Shown: in pieces, positions 10,275 to 20,921 of the stretch
How the letters are laid out: each line of letters starts with the position of its first letter
Numbering within the stretch: the first letter of the stretch is position 1
Assembly: GCA_009861545.1 (NCBI GenBank)
Contig: VXME01000025.1
Location: forward strand, 2,346-66,345
Length of the DNA: 64,000 bases
Direction: 5' to 3'
From: Acidobacteriota bacterium
GTDB lineage: Bacteria; Acidobacteriota; Vicinamibacteria; Vicinamibacterales; UBA8438
Notes under the pieces: generated by a model
Told to the model about the DNA's origin: nothing
Databases searched by the model: none
Seen by the model: only the letters and a program-made list of their open reading frames with translations
Translations under genes and position numbers: made by a program

Positions 10275-12755
10275 ATGTCGATGGATCAGCCCGACGGAAA
10301 GGCGGCTCGCACGAGGCAGACCGCAAGGCTCGCAGGCGCGCTCGTGGTGTGCGCCTTGGCGCTGGGGGGAGCGACACCGCTGGCCGCCGCCCCCCAGGAG
10401 AACGCCGGCCCGGAGCGTGCCGCTGTTGCTGCCGGCGCGGAGACCCTGCCCTCTTCGCAGCCACCACGCCAGACCACGCCCCCGCCGGCGGGGTTTCAAC
10501 CCGCAGGCCCGTTCATCGATGGTCCGCCGGCCCCGGTGCCGCCGGCCACGATCAACCGCGACGCCAGCGGCGGGGCGACGGTGCGCGCCGTCCGGCTGGA
10601 TGAACCCCTGCGGGTCGACGGCGTGCTCGACGAGCCGATCTACGCTCGCGTCGAGCCGTTCGGCGGGTTCATCCAGCAGTCCCCCGACGAGGGGGCCCCG
10701 GCCACGGAGGGAACCGACAACTGGATCCTCTTCGACGACGAGTCGATCTACGTGGGGGCACGCGTCTACGAGTCGGTCCCCGAGTCGGAGTGGGTCGCCA
10801 ACGAGATGCAGCGCGACTCGTTCCGGATCATCAACAACGACGGCTACATCGTCGTGTTCGACACGTTCTACGACCGCCGCAACGGCTTCACCTTCCGGGT
10901 CAACCCCATCGGGGGCTTCCAGGATCAGCAGATCACCGACGAAGGCAACCCGAATCCCGACTGGAATCCCGTCTGGGACGTGCGCACGGGCCGCTTCGAC
11001 GGGGGCTGGACGGTGGAGATGGAAATTCCGTTCCAGTCGCTCCGCTTCCGGCCCGGCCCGAACCAGGTATGGGGCATCCAGTTGGGCCGGGACATCAGGT
11101 CGAACTTCGAGGAAGCCTATCTGACGGCGGTGCCGATCTCGGCCGGACCGGGACAGTTCCGCCTGTCGGTCGCCGGCACCCTGGTGGGCCTGGAGGTGCC
11201 GGCCGACAGCCGCACGTTCGAGATCAAGCCCTACGCGATCGGCTCGCTCAACACCGACCGGACCGCCGTGCCCCCGATCTCGAACGACGGTGACGGGAAC
11301 GGCGGCGTCGACGTCAAGTACGGCCTCACCGAGAACCTGACGGCGGACTTCACCTTCAATACCGACTTCGCGCAGGTCGAGGTGGACGAGCAGCAGATCA
11401 ACCTGACGCGGTTCAGCCTGTTCTTCCCGGAGAAGCGCGAGTTCTTCCTCGAGAGCCAGGGCATCTTCGACTTCGGGCGGGTGGCCGGCTTCGGCGGCTT
11501 CGGCGGCTCCGCGCGGGGAATCCTCAACGCGCCGCCGGGCGTGTTCCCACCCGGCGACGCGCCGACCCTCTTCTTCAGCCGGCGGATCGGTCTGGACCAG
11601 GGGGGACGAACCGTGCCGATTCGCGGCGGCGGACGACTGACCGGCAGGGTGGGCGACTTCAGCGTGGGCGCCATCAACATCCAGACCGACGATGCGCGGG
11701 CCAGCGACGCCCTCCCGACCAACTTCAGCGTGCTCCGCGTCAAGCGCGACATCCTCCGCCGGAGCCGCGTCGGCGCCATCTTCACCAACCGCTCGGTCTC
11801 GACGAGAGGCGACGGCGCGAACCAGGCCTACGGACTCGACGGGTCGTTCTCGTTCTACGACAACGTCAACATGTACGGCTACTACGCGCGGACGAACACG
11901 CCGGGCCTCGAGGGACGGAACGAGAGCTACCAGGCGGCATTCTCCTACGAGGGCGACCTCTACGGACTGCTCGTCGATCACCTGCAGGTCGGCCGCAACT
12001 TCAACCCGGAGATCGGTTTCATGCGCCGCGAGGACTTCCGGCGCAGCTACGTCTACGCGCAGTTCAGCCCGCGGCCGGAAGGCATCGAGGCGGTGCGGCA
12101 GTTCACCTGGGGCGGCAGCGTCGACTACATCGAGAACAGCGCCGGGCAACTCGAGACCCGCATCCTGTCGGGCCGCTTTCAGACCAGCTTCGAGAACAGC
12201 GACAGGCTGAGCGCGGACATTCAGCAGGACTACGAGTTCCTCCCCCGGCCCTTCGAGATCATCGACGGCGTGACCATCCCCGTCGGCGGCTACGAGTTCA
12301 CCGACTTCCAGGTGTCCTACAGCATGGGACCGCACCGGCGCGTGGCCGGCGGCCCCTCGTTCCAGTACGGCGAGTTCTTCGCCGGCAACATCACCGCGGT
12401 CGGCTTTTCGCGCGGCCTCATCGAGGTCTCGCCGCAGTTCGCGGTCGAGCCCAGCATCTCGTGGAACCGGATCACGATGCCGCAAGGGGACTTCACGGCC
12501 CGGGTGGCCACCACGCGGCTCACCTACGGATTCACGCCCCGCATGTTCGCCAGCGCGCTGCTGCAGTACAACTCGACCAACAACGTGCTCAGCACGAACG
12601 TGCGCCTGCGCTGGGAGTACCAGCCGGGGAGTGAACTGTTCGTCGTCTACAACGATCAGCGGGACACCTTCATGAACCTCAGGAACCGCGGCGGCTTCCC
12701 GATGTTGGAGAACCGCGCCTTCGTGGTGAAGCTCACCCGGCAGTTCCGCTTCTGA
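10275..12755 (+). CDS. DUF5916 / carbohydrate-binding family 9-like domain protein
   Basis: Start moved to 'MSMDQPDG..'. 'VDGVLDEPIYARVEPFGGFIQQSPDEGAPATEGTDNWILFDDESIYVG' is a CBM9-like N-terminus and a long beta-rich C-terminus ends in 'F'. Paralog of 12814..15180. Confidence 0.8.
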   Translation: MSMDQPDGKAARTRQTARLAGALVVCALALGGATPLAAAPQENAGPERAAVAAGAETLPSSQPPRQTTPPPAGFQPAGPFIDGPPAPVPPATINRDASGGATVRAVRLDEPLRVDGVLDEPIYARVEPFGGFIQQSPDEGAPATEGTDNWILFDDESIYVGARVYESVPESEWVANEMQRDSFRIINNDGYIVVFDTFYDRRNGFTFRVNPIGGFQDQQITDEGNPNPDWNPVWDVRTGRFDGGWTVEMEIPFQSLRFRPGPNQVWGIQLGRDIRSNFEEAYLTAVPISAGPGQFRLSVAGTLVGLEVPADSRTFEIKPYAIGSLNTDRTAVPPISNDGDGNGGVDVKYGLTENLTADFTFNTDFAQVEVDEQQINLTRFSLFFPEKREFFLESQGIFDFGRVAGFGGFGGSARGILNAPPGVFPPGDAPTLFFSRRIGLDQGGRTVPIRGGGRLTGRVGDFSVGAINIQTDDARASDALPTNFSVLRVKRDILRRSRVGAIFTNRSVSTRGDGANQAYGLDGSFSFYDNVNMYGYYARTNTPGLEGRNESYQAAFSYEGDLYGLLVDHLQVGRNFNPEIGFMRREDFRRSYVYAQFSPRPEGIEAVRQFTWGGSVDYIENSAGQLETRILSGRFQTSFENSDRLSADIQQDYEFLPRPFEIIDGVTIPVGGYEFTDFQVSYSMGPHRRVAGGPSFQYGEFFAGNITAVGFSRGLIEVSPQFAVEPSISWNRITMPQGDFTARVATTRLTYGFTPRMFASALLQYNSTNNVLSTNVRLRWEYQPGSELFVVYNDQRDTFMNLRNRGGFPMLENRAFVVKLTRQFRF

Positions 12756-12813
12756 GCCGTGACCGTCAGGCAGCGCCGCCAAACCCGTCGCAAGGCTCCG
12801 TAAACTCCACGAC

Positions 12814-15180
12814 ATGTCGCCGCCACAGCTCGACGGGAGAGCCCCCGCCGCCGGTCACGCCGCGAGGCTCGCGGCCGCGCTCGTCTTCTGGGTCCTGCCA
12901 CTGACGGCGCCGGCGCAATCCCCGCCAGCGGGATTCGCGGGCCCGCTGATCGACGGTCCGGCGGCACCAGTGCCGCCTGCCACCATCAACCGCGACGCCA
13001 ACGGCAGGGCGACGGTCCGGGCCGTGCGCCTCGAGGGACCCTGGCGGCTCGACGGCGTGCTCGACGAGCCGATCTACGACCGCGTGGAGCCGTTCGGCGA
13101 CTTCATCCAGCAGGCGCCCGACGAGGGGGCGCCGGCAACGGAGGCGACCGACGCCTGGATCTTCTTCGACGATCAGTCGATCTATGTGGGCGCCCGCGTC
13201 CACGAGTCGGTTCCCGAGTCGCAGTGGATCGCGAACGAGATGCAGCGAGACTCGTCTCAGCTCATCAACAACGACGGATTCATCGTCGTGTTCGACACCT
13301 TCTACGACCGCCGCAACGGCTTCGCCTTCCGGGTCAATCCCATCGGGGGGTTCAGCGATCGGCAGATCACCGACGAAGGAGACCCGAATCCCGACTGGAA
13401 TCCGGTCTGGGACGTGCGCACCGGTCGCTTCGACGGCGGCTGGACCGTCGAAATGGCGATCCCGTTCAAGTCGCTCCGCTTCCGGCCCGGGGCCGAGCAA
13501 CTGTGGGGCATCCAGTTGGGCCGGGACATCCGGTCGAGCTTCGAGGAGGCGTACCTCACGGCGGTGCCGATCTCTGCCGGGCCGGGACAGTTCCGCGTGT
13601 CGGCGGCGGGCACCCTCACCGGCCTGCAGGTGCCGGCAGGCAACCGCACGTTCGAGGTCAAGCCCTACGTGATCGGCTCGCTCGCCACCGACCGGACCAT
13701 CGTGCCCCCGATCTCGAACGACGGCGCCGGCCAGGCGGGCGGCGACGTCAAGTACGGACTCACCGAGAATCTGACGGCGGACTTCACCTGGAACACCGAT
13801 TTCGCGCAGGTCGAGGTGGACGAGCAGCAGATCAACCTGACGCGGTTCAGCCTGTTCTTCCCGGAGAAGCGCGAGTTCTTTCTGGAGAGTCAGGGCATCT
13901 TCGACTTCGCGCGGGCGCCCGGCGCCGGCGGCGGCGGGGCCGCGCGGCGGAGCGTCGGCGCGTCGGGCTTCTTTGGAAGCGGGGACGCCCCCACCATCTT
14001 CTTCAGCCGGCGGATCGGCCTCGAGCAGGGACGCACCGTGCCGATTCTGGGCGGCGGACGCCTGACCGGCAAGGTGGGTGATTTCAGCGTGGGGGCCATC
14101 AACATTCAGACCGACGACACGCCGGGCGCCGGCGCGGTGCCGACCAACTTCAGCGTGCTCCGGGTCAAGCGCGACATTCTGCGGCGGAGTCGGATCGGCG
14201 CGATCTTCACCAACCGGTCGGTCTCGCTGACCGGCGATGGCGCCAACCAGGCGTATGGAGTCGATGGGGCTTTTTCGTTCTACGACGACGTCAACCTCTA
14301 CGGCTACTACGCGCGCACGAACACGCCTGGCCTCGAGGGAAGGAACGAGAGCTACCAGGCGGCGTTCTCCTACGACGACGACCTCTACGGCCTGCGCGTC
14401 GATCACCTCCTCGTCGGCAGGAACTTCAACCCGGAGGTGGGTTTCCTGCGCCGCGACGACTTCCGGCGCACCTTCGTCTCCGGACAGTTCAGTCCGCGAC
14501 CGGCCGGCCTCGCGGCGGTTCGCCAGTTCACCTGGGGCGGCAGCGTCGACTACATCGAGAACGGCGCCGGGCAGCTCGAGACCCGGATTCTCCAGGGGCG
14601 CTTTCGGACCGCCTTCGAGAACAGCGACAGCCTGAGCGCGGACATCCAGCGGGACTACGAGTTCCTTGCCCGGCCCTTCCACATTACCGACGACGTGACC
14701 ATCCCCGTCGGCGGCTACGAGTTCCAGGACTTCCAGGTGTCCTATCGCATGGGACCGCACCGCCGGTTGGCGGGCGGCCTGGTGTTGCAGCACGGCGAGT
14801 TCTTCGACGGCGACATCACCGCGGTCGGCTACTCGCGCGGCCGCATCGAGGTCTCGCGCCAGTTCGCGGTGGAGCCGAGCATCTCGTTCAACCGGATCAC
14901 GCTGCCGCAGGGACAGTTCACGGCCCGGGTGGCCACCACGCGGCTCACCTACACGTTCACGCCCCGCATGTTCGCCAGCGCGCTGCTGCAGTACAACTCG
15001 ACCAACAACGTGCTGAGCACGAACGTGCGCCTGCGCTGGGAGTACCAGCCGGGGAGCGAGCTGTTCATCGTCTACAACGACCAGCGGGACACGTTCATGA
15101 ACCAGATGCGCGGCCGCCGCTTCCCGATACTGGAGAACCGCGCCTTCGTGGTGAAGCTCACCCGGCAGTTCCGCTTTTGA
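12814..15180 (+). CDS. DUF5916 / carbohydrate-binding family 9-like domain protein (tandem paralog)
   Basis: Collinear with 10275..12755 and highly similar to it. The last ~85 aa are nearly identical ('ARVATTRLTY.FTPRMFASALLQYNSTNNVLSTNVRLRWEYQPGSELF'). Confidence 0.8.
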   Translation: MSPPQLDGRAPAAGHAARLAAALVFWVLPLTAPAQSPPAGFAGPLIDGPAAPVPPATINRDANGRATVRAVRLEGPWRLDGVLDEPIYDRVEPFGDFIQQAPDEGAPATEATDAWIFFDDQSIYVGARVHESVPESQWIANEMQRDSSQLINNDGFIVVFDTFYDRRNGFAFRVNPIGGFSDRQITDEGDPNPDWNPVWDVRTGRFDGGWTVEMAIPFKSLRFRPGAEQLWGIQLGRDIRSSFEEAYLTAVPISAGPGQFRVSAAGTLTGLQVPAGNRTFEVKPYVIGSLATDRTIVPPISNDGAGQAGGDVKYGLTENLTADFTWNTDFAQVEVDEQQINLTRFSLFFPEKREFFLESQGIFDFARAPGAGGGGAARRSVGASGFFGSGDAPTIFFSRRIGLEQGRTVPILGGGRLTGKVGDFSVGAINIQTDDTPGAGAVPTNFSVLRVKRDILRRSRIGAIFTNRSVSLTGDGANQAYGVDGAFSFYDDVNLYGYYARTNTPGLEGRNESYQAAFSYDDDLYGLRVDHLLVGRNFNPEVGFLRRDDFRRTFVSGQFSPRPAGLAAVRQFTWGGSVDYIENGAGQLETRILQGRFRTAFENSDSLSADIQRDYEFLARPFHITDDVTIPVGGYEFQDFQVSYRMGPHRRLAGGLVLQHGEFFDGDITAVGYSRGRIEVSRQFAVEPSISFNRITLPQGQFTARVATTRLTYTFTPRMFASALLQYNSTNNVLSTNVRLRWEYQPGSELFIVYNDQRDTFMNQMRGRRFPILENRAFVVKLTRQFRF

Positions 15181-15361
15181 GACGGGAGCGGCAGAAGCCG
15201 TCCTCGCGGCGGTCGTTGAGAATCAGTGCGATGGCTGCCAGGAGGCTGCGTCGCGCTTCACCCTTGGTTCGTCCCTGTCCGTTGGCGCCGGGGATCTCCG
15301 GGCAGTAGGCGAGGTGCCATGCGCCGTCACGCTCGAACACCGCCGTGAACTCGTTTCGCAT
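15158..15361 (-). CDS. HicB-like (UPF0150) antitoxin-family protein, no adjacent HicA
   Basis: 'MRNEFTAVFERDGAWHLAYCPEIPGANGQGRTKGEARRSLLAAIALIL' resembles the HicB N-terminal domain. It overlaps the 3' end of the convergent gene by 23 nt. Confidence 0.55.
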   Translation of the reverse strand: MRNEFTAVFERDGAWHLAYCPEIPGANGQGRTKGEARRSLLAAIALILNDRREDGFCRSRLKSGTAG

Positions 15362-15460
15362 CTCGACAGCTACGATGGTCCGGCCTCGACCGGGAGTCAA
15401 GCGTCAACCCGCAGTCGGACGCCTCCTTCGTCGCAGGCCAGCCCATGGCAGAATCGACGC

Positions 15461-17389
15461 GTGAGCTCGATCGACGCGCTGATCGTCATCCTCTTCATCG
15501 CCTACGCCGTCGGCGTCGGCCTCCGGAACCGCCGGCAGGCGTCGAAGAACCTCGAAGAGTACTTTCTCGCCGGCCGGTCCCTGCCCGGCTGGAAGGCGGG
15601 GCTCAGCATGGCGGCCACCCAGTTTGCCGCCGACACGCCCTTGCTCGTGACGGGTCTGGTGGCCACCGCCGGGATCTTCGGACTGTGGCAGCTCTGGATC
15701 TTCGGCGTCACCTTTCTGGTGCTCGGCTTCGTGCTGGCCGGCGCGTGGCGCCGGGCCGGCGTGGTGACCGACGCCGAGCTGGCGGAGGTGCGCTACGGCG
15801 CCAGGCCGGCGGCCGTGTTGCGGTGCGTCAAGGCTCTCTACTTCGGCACCATCATCAACTGCGTCGCCCTCGCCTGGGTGCTGTTCGCCGCCGCCAAGAT
15901 CGCCGAGCCGTTCCTGCTGTGGAACGAATGGCTGCCCGGGGAGATCTTTCAACCGGTCGTCGGCCTGGTGGACGCGGTAGGCGTGCCGCTGACCATCGGC
16001 GGGCTCGCCGATCCCGACGTCTGGATCAAGACCGCCAACAACCTGCTGTCGCTCGTCATGATCCTGACGGTCGTGGCGCTCTACTCGGCCACCGGTGGAC
16101 TGCGGAGCGTCGTCGCGACCGACATCGGCCAGATCACCGTCATGGCCGTCGGCACGCTGGCGTTCACGACGATCGTCGTGTCGGAGGCGGGCGGGCTCGG
16201 CGGGATGCAGGCGAAGCTGCACGAGATGTTCGCCGGCGGCGGACCGGGGGGGATTCTGCCCGACGAGATCCTGGCGTTCACGCCGGGACGAGCGAAAGAC
16301 GTCACCCTGTCGGTGCTCTCGCTGCTGGGACTGCTGTGGCTCATCAACTCCGTTTCCGACGGCAGCGGGTATCTCGCCCAGCGCGCCATGGCCTGTCGCA
16401 GCGATCGCGACGCCAGGACGGCCGCGGTCGTCTTCACGTTCGCTCAGGTGCTGCTGCGCAGCCTGCTCTGGCTGCCGCTCGCCGTCGGGCTGCTGGTTCT
16501 GTTCCCACCCGACCCGGGGCTCGCCCCCGGCCTGATGCAGGCCGACCGGGAGGCGACGTATGTCCGGGGGATGGCGGAGCTGCTGCCGCCCGGCGTGACC
16601 GGGTTGATGCTGACCGGCATGCTGGCGGCGCTCGCCTCGACCGTCGACACGCATCTGAACTGGGGCGCCTCGTACTGGACCAACGACATCTACAAGCGGT
16701 TCATCTGCCAGGCGTGGCTGAAGACGGAGCCGAGCGGCCGCTCGCTCGTCTGGGTGGCGCGCGCCGCGAGCGTGCTGACCCTGGTGATCGCGATGGCGGT
16801 GATGAGCCAGTTGACGTCCATCAACCAGGCCTGGCAGATCAACCTTCTGTTCGGCGCCGGGCTCGGCGTGGTGCTGGTGCTGCGGTGGCTCTGGTGGCGG
16901 ATGAACGCGTGGGCGGAGATCGCGGCCATGGTCGTCGCCTCGGCCGTCGCGCCGTTGCTCATCGCCTATCTCGGTGACGACCAGCAGCCGCTGCGGTTGC
17001 TGCTCGCGGCCACGGCATCGACAGTTGCGGCGCTGGTCGCGATCTGGATCAAGGGACCCGAAGACCGGGAGCGCCTGACCGCGTTCTACCGGCGCGTGCG
17101 GCCGGTCGGCTTCTGGGGTCCGATCGCGGCAGGGCTCGGCGAGGAGGAAGACCTCGGTCCCAGGCGCCTCGCACGGGCCCTGGGCGCGACGGTGCTCTGC
17201 TCGGCCACCCTCTTCGCCGCTCTGGTGGGAATCGGGAGCTGGCTGGTCGGCAGCCCGCCGCCGGTGTGGCTGCCGTCGGCGCCCGTCTGGATCGGCGGGC
17301 TGCTGGTGATTGCCCTGGCGCTGTGCCCGCTCTGGTATCGGCTTGGATTCGGCGCGACCGCCGTGGCGGAGCGCAGGAGCAGACGATGA
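15461..17389 (+). CDS. sodium:solute symporter family transporter
   Basis: GTG start at '[44 protein letters not shown]' (typical SSF N-terminus), followed by about 13 hydrophobic segments. Confidence 0.85.
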   Translation: MSSIDALIVILFIAYAVGVGLRNRRQASKNLEEYFLAGRSLPGWKAGLSMAATQFAADTPLLVTGLVATAGIFGLWQLWIFGVTFLVLGFVLAGAWRRAGVVTDAELAEVRYGARPAAVLRCVKALYFGTIINCVALAWVLFAAAKIAEPFLLWNEWLPGEIFQPVVGLVDAVGVPLTIGGLADPDVWIKTANNLLSLVMILTVVALYSATGGLRSVVATDIGQITVMAVGTLAFTTIVVSEAGGLGGMQAKLHEMFAGGGPGGILPDEILAFTPGRAKDVTLSVLSLLGLLWLINSVSDGSGYLAQRAMACRSDRDARTAAVVFTFAQVLLRSLLWLPLAVGLLVLFPPDPGLAPGLMQADREATYVRGMAELLPPGVTGLMLTGMLAALASTVDTHLNWGASYWTNDIYKRFICQAWLKTEPSGRSLVWVARAASVLTLVIAMAVMSQLTSINQAWQINLLFGAGLGVVLVLRWLWWRMNAWAEIAAMVVASAVAPLLIAYLGDDQQPLRLLLAATASTVAALVAIWIKGPEDRERLTAFYRRVRPVGFWGPIAAGLGEEEDLGPRRLARALGATVLCSATLFAALVGIGSWLVGSPPPVWLPSAPVWIGGLLVIALALCPLWYRLGFGATAVAERRSRR

Positions 17390-19695
17390 CAACGCTGTCG
17401 GATCACCGGTACGACGTTGGACGAGTGGTCGCCGTGAGCGCGGCGCTCGGATGCGTGTGGACGATGGGTGTGACCGCCGCGTTCGCACAGAGCGCCTTTC
17501 AGATTGAAGAAGCCTCCATCGGCGGTATTCAGCGCGCGATCCGGCAGGGCGAGACGACCTGCGTGCAGGTGGTGGAGGCCTATGTCGAGCGGGCGAGGGC
17601 GTACAACGGCATCTGCACGCAGCTCGTCACCGCGGACGGTGGACTGGTTGCGCCGGGCCGGGGCGCAGTCCGGGCCGGCGTCCCGATAGAGTTTCCCTCC
17701 ACCACCGTGCCCGTGCGCGAGATTCTGCCCGACTACGACGACTACCGGGGGTTGCCGATCGAGTTCGGCCGCATGGAGGCGACGCGGTCCGACCCCAGCG
17801 TCCAGCAGCAGTACGGCATGGTCGTCGGCATGCCGGACGCGGGCCAGCTCAACGCGCTGAGCACGCTCAACCTGCGCGGCGAACGATCGGTGACCTGCCA
17901 AGCCGAGTGCGATGCGCACCCGTCGGACGGCAGTCTGCCCGCGCATTGCCCCGCCGCGTGCGAAGCGTTCCGCCAACAGCCGGACGCGCTCGAGCGAGCA
18001 GCCGAGCTCGACGCGCTGTACGGCAGGAATCCCGACCTCGAGCGGATGCCGATGTACTGCGCCGCGATCTCGTTCAAGGACGTCTTCGACACCACCGACA
18101 TGCGGTCGACGAGCGGGGCCGACACCGGCTACGCGATGGATGCGCCGCCGCGGGACGCGACGGTCGTCGCCGAGCTGCGCGCCAAGGGCGCCATCATCTA
18201 TGCCAAGGCCAACCTCTCCGAGTACAACGCCGGCGGCGGGAACCCGGGGGGCGCGGTTGCCGGCTCGCGGACGTACGGCGCGGGCGTCTCGCGCAGCAGT
18301 TGGGCCGGCCCGTCGTGCAACGTCTACGACACCGCCCGCGAACCCGGCGGCTCGAGCTCGGGGTCGGCCGTGTCGGTCGGCGCGAACCTCGCCACCTGCT
18401 CGATCTGCGAGGAGACCGGCGGATCGTGCCGGCAACCGGCCTGGCGCAACGGCGTCGTCGGCTTCGTGACGACCAAGGGGCTCGTGCCCTACGGCGGGTC
18501 GACCGGCGTGGAGCCCTACCTCGACCGGGGAGGCATCAACTGCCGCACGGTCGAGGACGCGGCCCTCGTCCTCGACGCGCTCAGGAACCCCGGCCGCGGC
18601 TTCCACGATCCGCGCGACATCTACGCCGCGCTCCCGCGCGCACTGATCCCCGAGGCGTCCTACGCGAGCTTCGTCGTCGACGACGAGGAGACCGCCGGCG
18701 CCAGGCCGCTCGCCGGCGTGCGCATCGGCGTGGTCCGGGAGTACATGGTCAAGCACACCGACAACGACGCCGCGATGAGCGATCTCGTCAACGAACAGAT
18801 CCTGCGCGTGCTGCGCGACGAGCTCGGCGCGGAGCTCGTCGAATCGTCCGATCCGGAGTATCCGGACGACCCGTCGATCCCGAACATGGCGTACGACTTC
18901 CAGCGAGCGATAGCCGAGATCCTGCCCGTCCACATGCCGGAGCTCATCCAGGCCCGCGACGCCGACGGCGCGTACCGGTTCGCCGTGCCCGGGCACGACG
19001 TGACCAGCCGCGACTATCTCGCGCGGGCGGCCGAGGGCGTCGCGCCGCTGTCGGCCGACCTGAACCTGCGCAGCATCAACCGCTCGCCACCCACCTTGAG
19101 CCTCAGCTTTCACCTGGCCCAGTACCTGATGCGCCGCGGGGACTCCAGGGTGACCGACTGGGCGAGCCTGAACGCAAATTCGAAGTACTACAGCGAGCGG
19201 CGCGCGGTGGCGATGCGCAACTGGGAGAACGCCCGCAACATCGTCTCGGAGGGCATCACCCGGCGCGTGAAGATGCGTGACGTCATGCGGCTCGTCCTGC
19301 TCAACGTGCTGCACAGGAACGATCTCGATGTGCTGGTCAACCCGACGATCACCGTGCCGCCGGTGCGAATCGGATACGCCGGGGAGCCGTCGGTCGAAAA
19401 CCGTCCGACCGGCCGGTTTCCCACGAGCGCCAACCTCGGCATTCCGGAGATCACGGTGCCAGCCGGCTTCAATCGAATCGTCTACGACCCCGAGTACGCG
19501 CTGAACGAGGACCAGGACGGCTACGACAACGTCACGGGCAGCCGGCGCACGGAGCTCGACGCCCCACTCCCCGTCGGCATCTCGTTCTGGGCGGGGCCCG
19601 GAGACGAGCCGCGCGTCCTGCGCGTCGCGTCGGCCTACGAGGCGGCAACGAGGCATCGCCGGCCGCCGCCCGACTTCGGGCCCGTCGGTCGATGA
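17386..19695 (+). CDS. amidase-signature family amidase, unusually long, with signal-like N-terminus
   Basis: '[15 protein letters not shown]' is the AS signature. The ATG overlaps the SSF stop as ATGA at 17386-17389. Confidence 0.85.
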   Translation: MTTLSDHRYDVGRVVAVSAALGCVWTMGVTAAFAQSAFQIEEASIGGIQRAIRQGETTCVQVVEAYVERARAYNGICTQLVTADGGLVAPGRGAVRAGVPIEFPSTTVPVREILPDYDDYRGLPIEFGRMEATRSDPSVQQQYGMVVGMPDAGQLNALSTLNLRGERSVTCQAECDAHPSDGSLPAHCPAACEAFRQQPDALERAAELDALYGRNPDLERMPMYCAAISFKDVFDTTDMRSTSGADTGYAMDAPPRDATVVAELRAKGAIIYAKANLSEYNAGGGNPGGAVAGSRTYGAGVSRSSWAGPSCNVYDTAREPGGSSSGSAVSVGANLATCSICEETGGSCRQPAWRNGVVGFVTTKGLVPYGGSTGVEPYLDRGGINCRTVEDAALVLDALRNPGRGFHDPRDIYAALPRALIPEASYASFVVDDEETAGARPLAGVRIGVVREYMVKHTDNDAAMSDLVNEQILRVLRDELGAELVESSDPEYPDDPSIPNMAYDFQRAIAEILPVHMPELIQARDADGAYRFAVPGHDVTSRDYLARAAEGVAPLSADLNLRSINRSPPTLSLSFHLAQYLMRRGDSRVTDWASLNANSKYYSERRAVAMRNWENARNIVSEGITRRVKMRDVMRLVLLNVLHRNDLDVLVNPTITVPPVRIGYAGEPSVENRPTGRFPTSANLGIPEITVPAGFNRIVYDPEYALNEDQDGYDNVTGSRRTELDAPLPVGISFWAGPGDEPRVLRVASAYEAATRHRRPPPDFGPVGR

Positions 19696-19834
19696 TACCG
19701 GCGCGTGCGCCGGGGATCCCGCCACGTTCGCGACCGTCCCGATCATCCTCGCGGTGGTCGCGCTCGTCGCCGGCCACCTCCCTGCGCGACGCGCGGCACG
19801 CGTCGACCCGCTCGCCGCCTTGCGCTGCGACTAA
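19694..19834 (+). pseudogene. C-terminal remnant of an FtsX/MacB-type (ADOP-like) permease
   Basis: Own translation, frame without any start codon: '..[39 protein letters not shown]'. This matches the characteristic last TM plus the 'PARRAxRVDPxxALRxE' C-terminus of FtsX-like permeases. No upstream remainder is present. Confidence 0.45.
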
Positions 19835-20055
19835 CGCGCTGGCTTGGGTGTACACGAAATGACTACGATCCAGCGTCGCATGTCACCCTTCAGCGTTTCG
19901 GCCGGTGGCGACAGGTAACCTGCTCTTCTCGTAAACGGCTGAAGAAGAAGGTCTTCTGGTGTTCTTGGCGCGCCTGGCACCCCGTCTGCAATTCCCCCTT
20001 TCGGCGTCTCGGATCGGCCGCCGATGCCGGGAGAAACCGGAGAGGGAGGGGTGCG

Positions 20056-20886
20056 ATGGGCGTTGCCGCCATCTTCCACCGCGGAATCGTCGCCGGAGGT
20101 CTCGTCGCGCTCCTGAGTCTGAGTGGGCTGCCTGCCGCTGCGCAACCCCCGCCGGAGGACGCCACGGCCATCCCGTCGGGGTCGACCCCTCTGCTCCGTA
20201 GTACTCCCACGCGTTCCGGGAAGCCGCCGGGTGGACTCCCGGTGCGTGGGGATCCGGCTAGCCAGGAGAAGCGAAGTCCGTACTTCGACAGGTGGGGTAT
20301 CGAGCTGTCCGTTGGCTACGAGGTGTTCAAGGGTCTTCCGGGCGCGATCTCGACCGAAGGCTTCTTTCTGTCCGCGGGGCTCTACCTCAGCGATTCTCTC
20401 GCGCTCGTTGGTGAGACCGGGACCACCGGTTGGGCGAGCGGCCGCCTGACGACGCCCGGACGGGCGCCGCAGAAGTTCGTGGACGCGGCGCGGCCCTGGC
20501 CGTCGAAGCCGGCCGCGTGCCCCGAGATCGATGTGGGCTTCGGCAGTTACCTGGGCGGCGTGCGTTACCGCCGTCGCTTCCGCGGAACCGCCGTGTTCGT
20601 CCACGGCCTGGCCGGCCGTGCGGAGTACTCGGGAACGGCAACCGAGATCGGCCAGAGCGGCGTCCGAACGAGCTGCTACGAGGCGTTCGCCTCCGGTCGT
20701 GCGGTGGCTGCCGGCGGCGGGATCGACGTGCACCTCAACGACCGCATCGCCCTCCGTGTCACGGCGGACTACCGGCGTCTTGCCGTGCCGTCGTTGGAAG
20801 GGATGGAGACCGTGTTCATGGCGCCGGACGCCGCCGCACATCTCGACATGGCGCGCATCGCCATTGGTTTCGTCCTCGGTTTCTGA
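20056..20886 (+). CDS. outer-membrane beta-barrel protein (OmpA-like barrel/porin family)
   Basis: Start moved to 'MGVAAIFHRGIVAGGLVALLSLSGLPAAAQ' with GGAGAGGGAGG upstream. Alternating beta-strand pattern and a terminal '...IAIGFVLGF'. Confidence 0.6.
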   Translation: MGVAAIFHRGIVAGGLVALLSLSGLPAAAQPPPEDATAIPSGSTPLLRSTPTRSGKPPGGLPVRGDPASQEKRSPYFDRWGIELSVGYEVFKGLPGAISTEGFFLSAGLYLSDSLALVGETGTTGWASGRLTTPGRAPQKFVDAARPWPSKPAACPEIDVGFGSYLGGVRYRRRFRGTAVFVHGLAGRAEYSGTATEIGQSGVRTSCYEAFASGRAVAAGGGIDVHLNDRIALRVTADYRRLAVPSLEGMETVFMAPDAAAHLDMARIAIGFVLGF

Positions 20887-20921
20887 GATCCCGCGACCAC
20901 GCTCCGGGCGGGATGGCATTT

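Noticed and set aside
10227-12815. Very long antisense or out-of-frame ORFs. Examples: 10227..12815 -, 12766..14793 -, 15404..17488 -, 17086..19746 -, 1475..3400 +, 23920..26166 -, 26762..28630 +, 6057..7643 -.
   Set aside because: Their translations are Arg/Pro/Gly/Ala-rich low-complexity strings with no motifs. This is typical of stop-codon-poor alternative frames in high-G+C DNA. Each is fully covered by an ORF on the other strand or frame that has clear family motifs.
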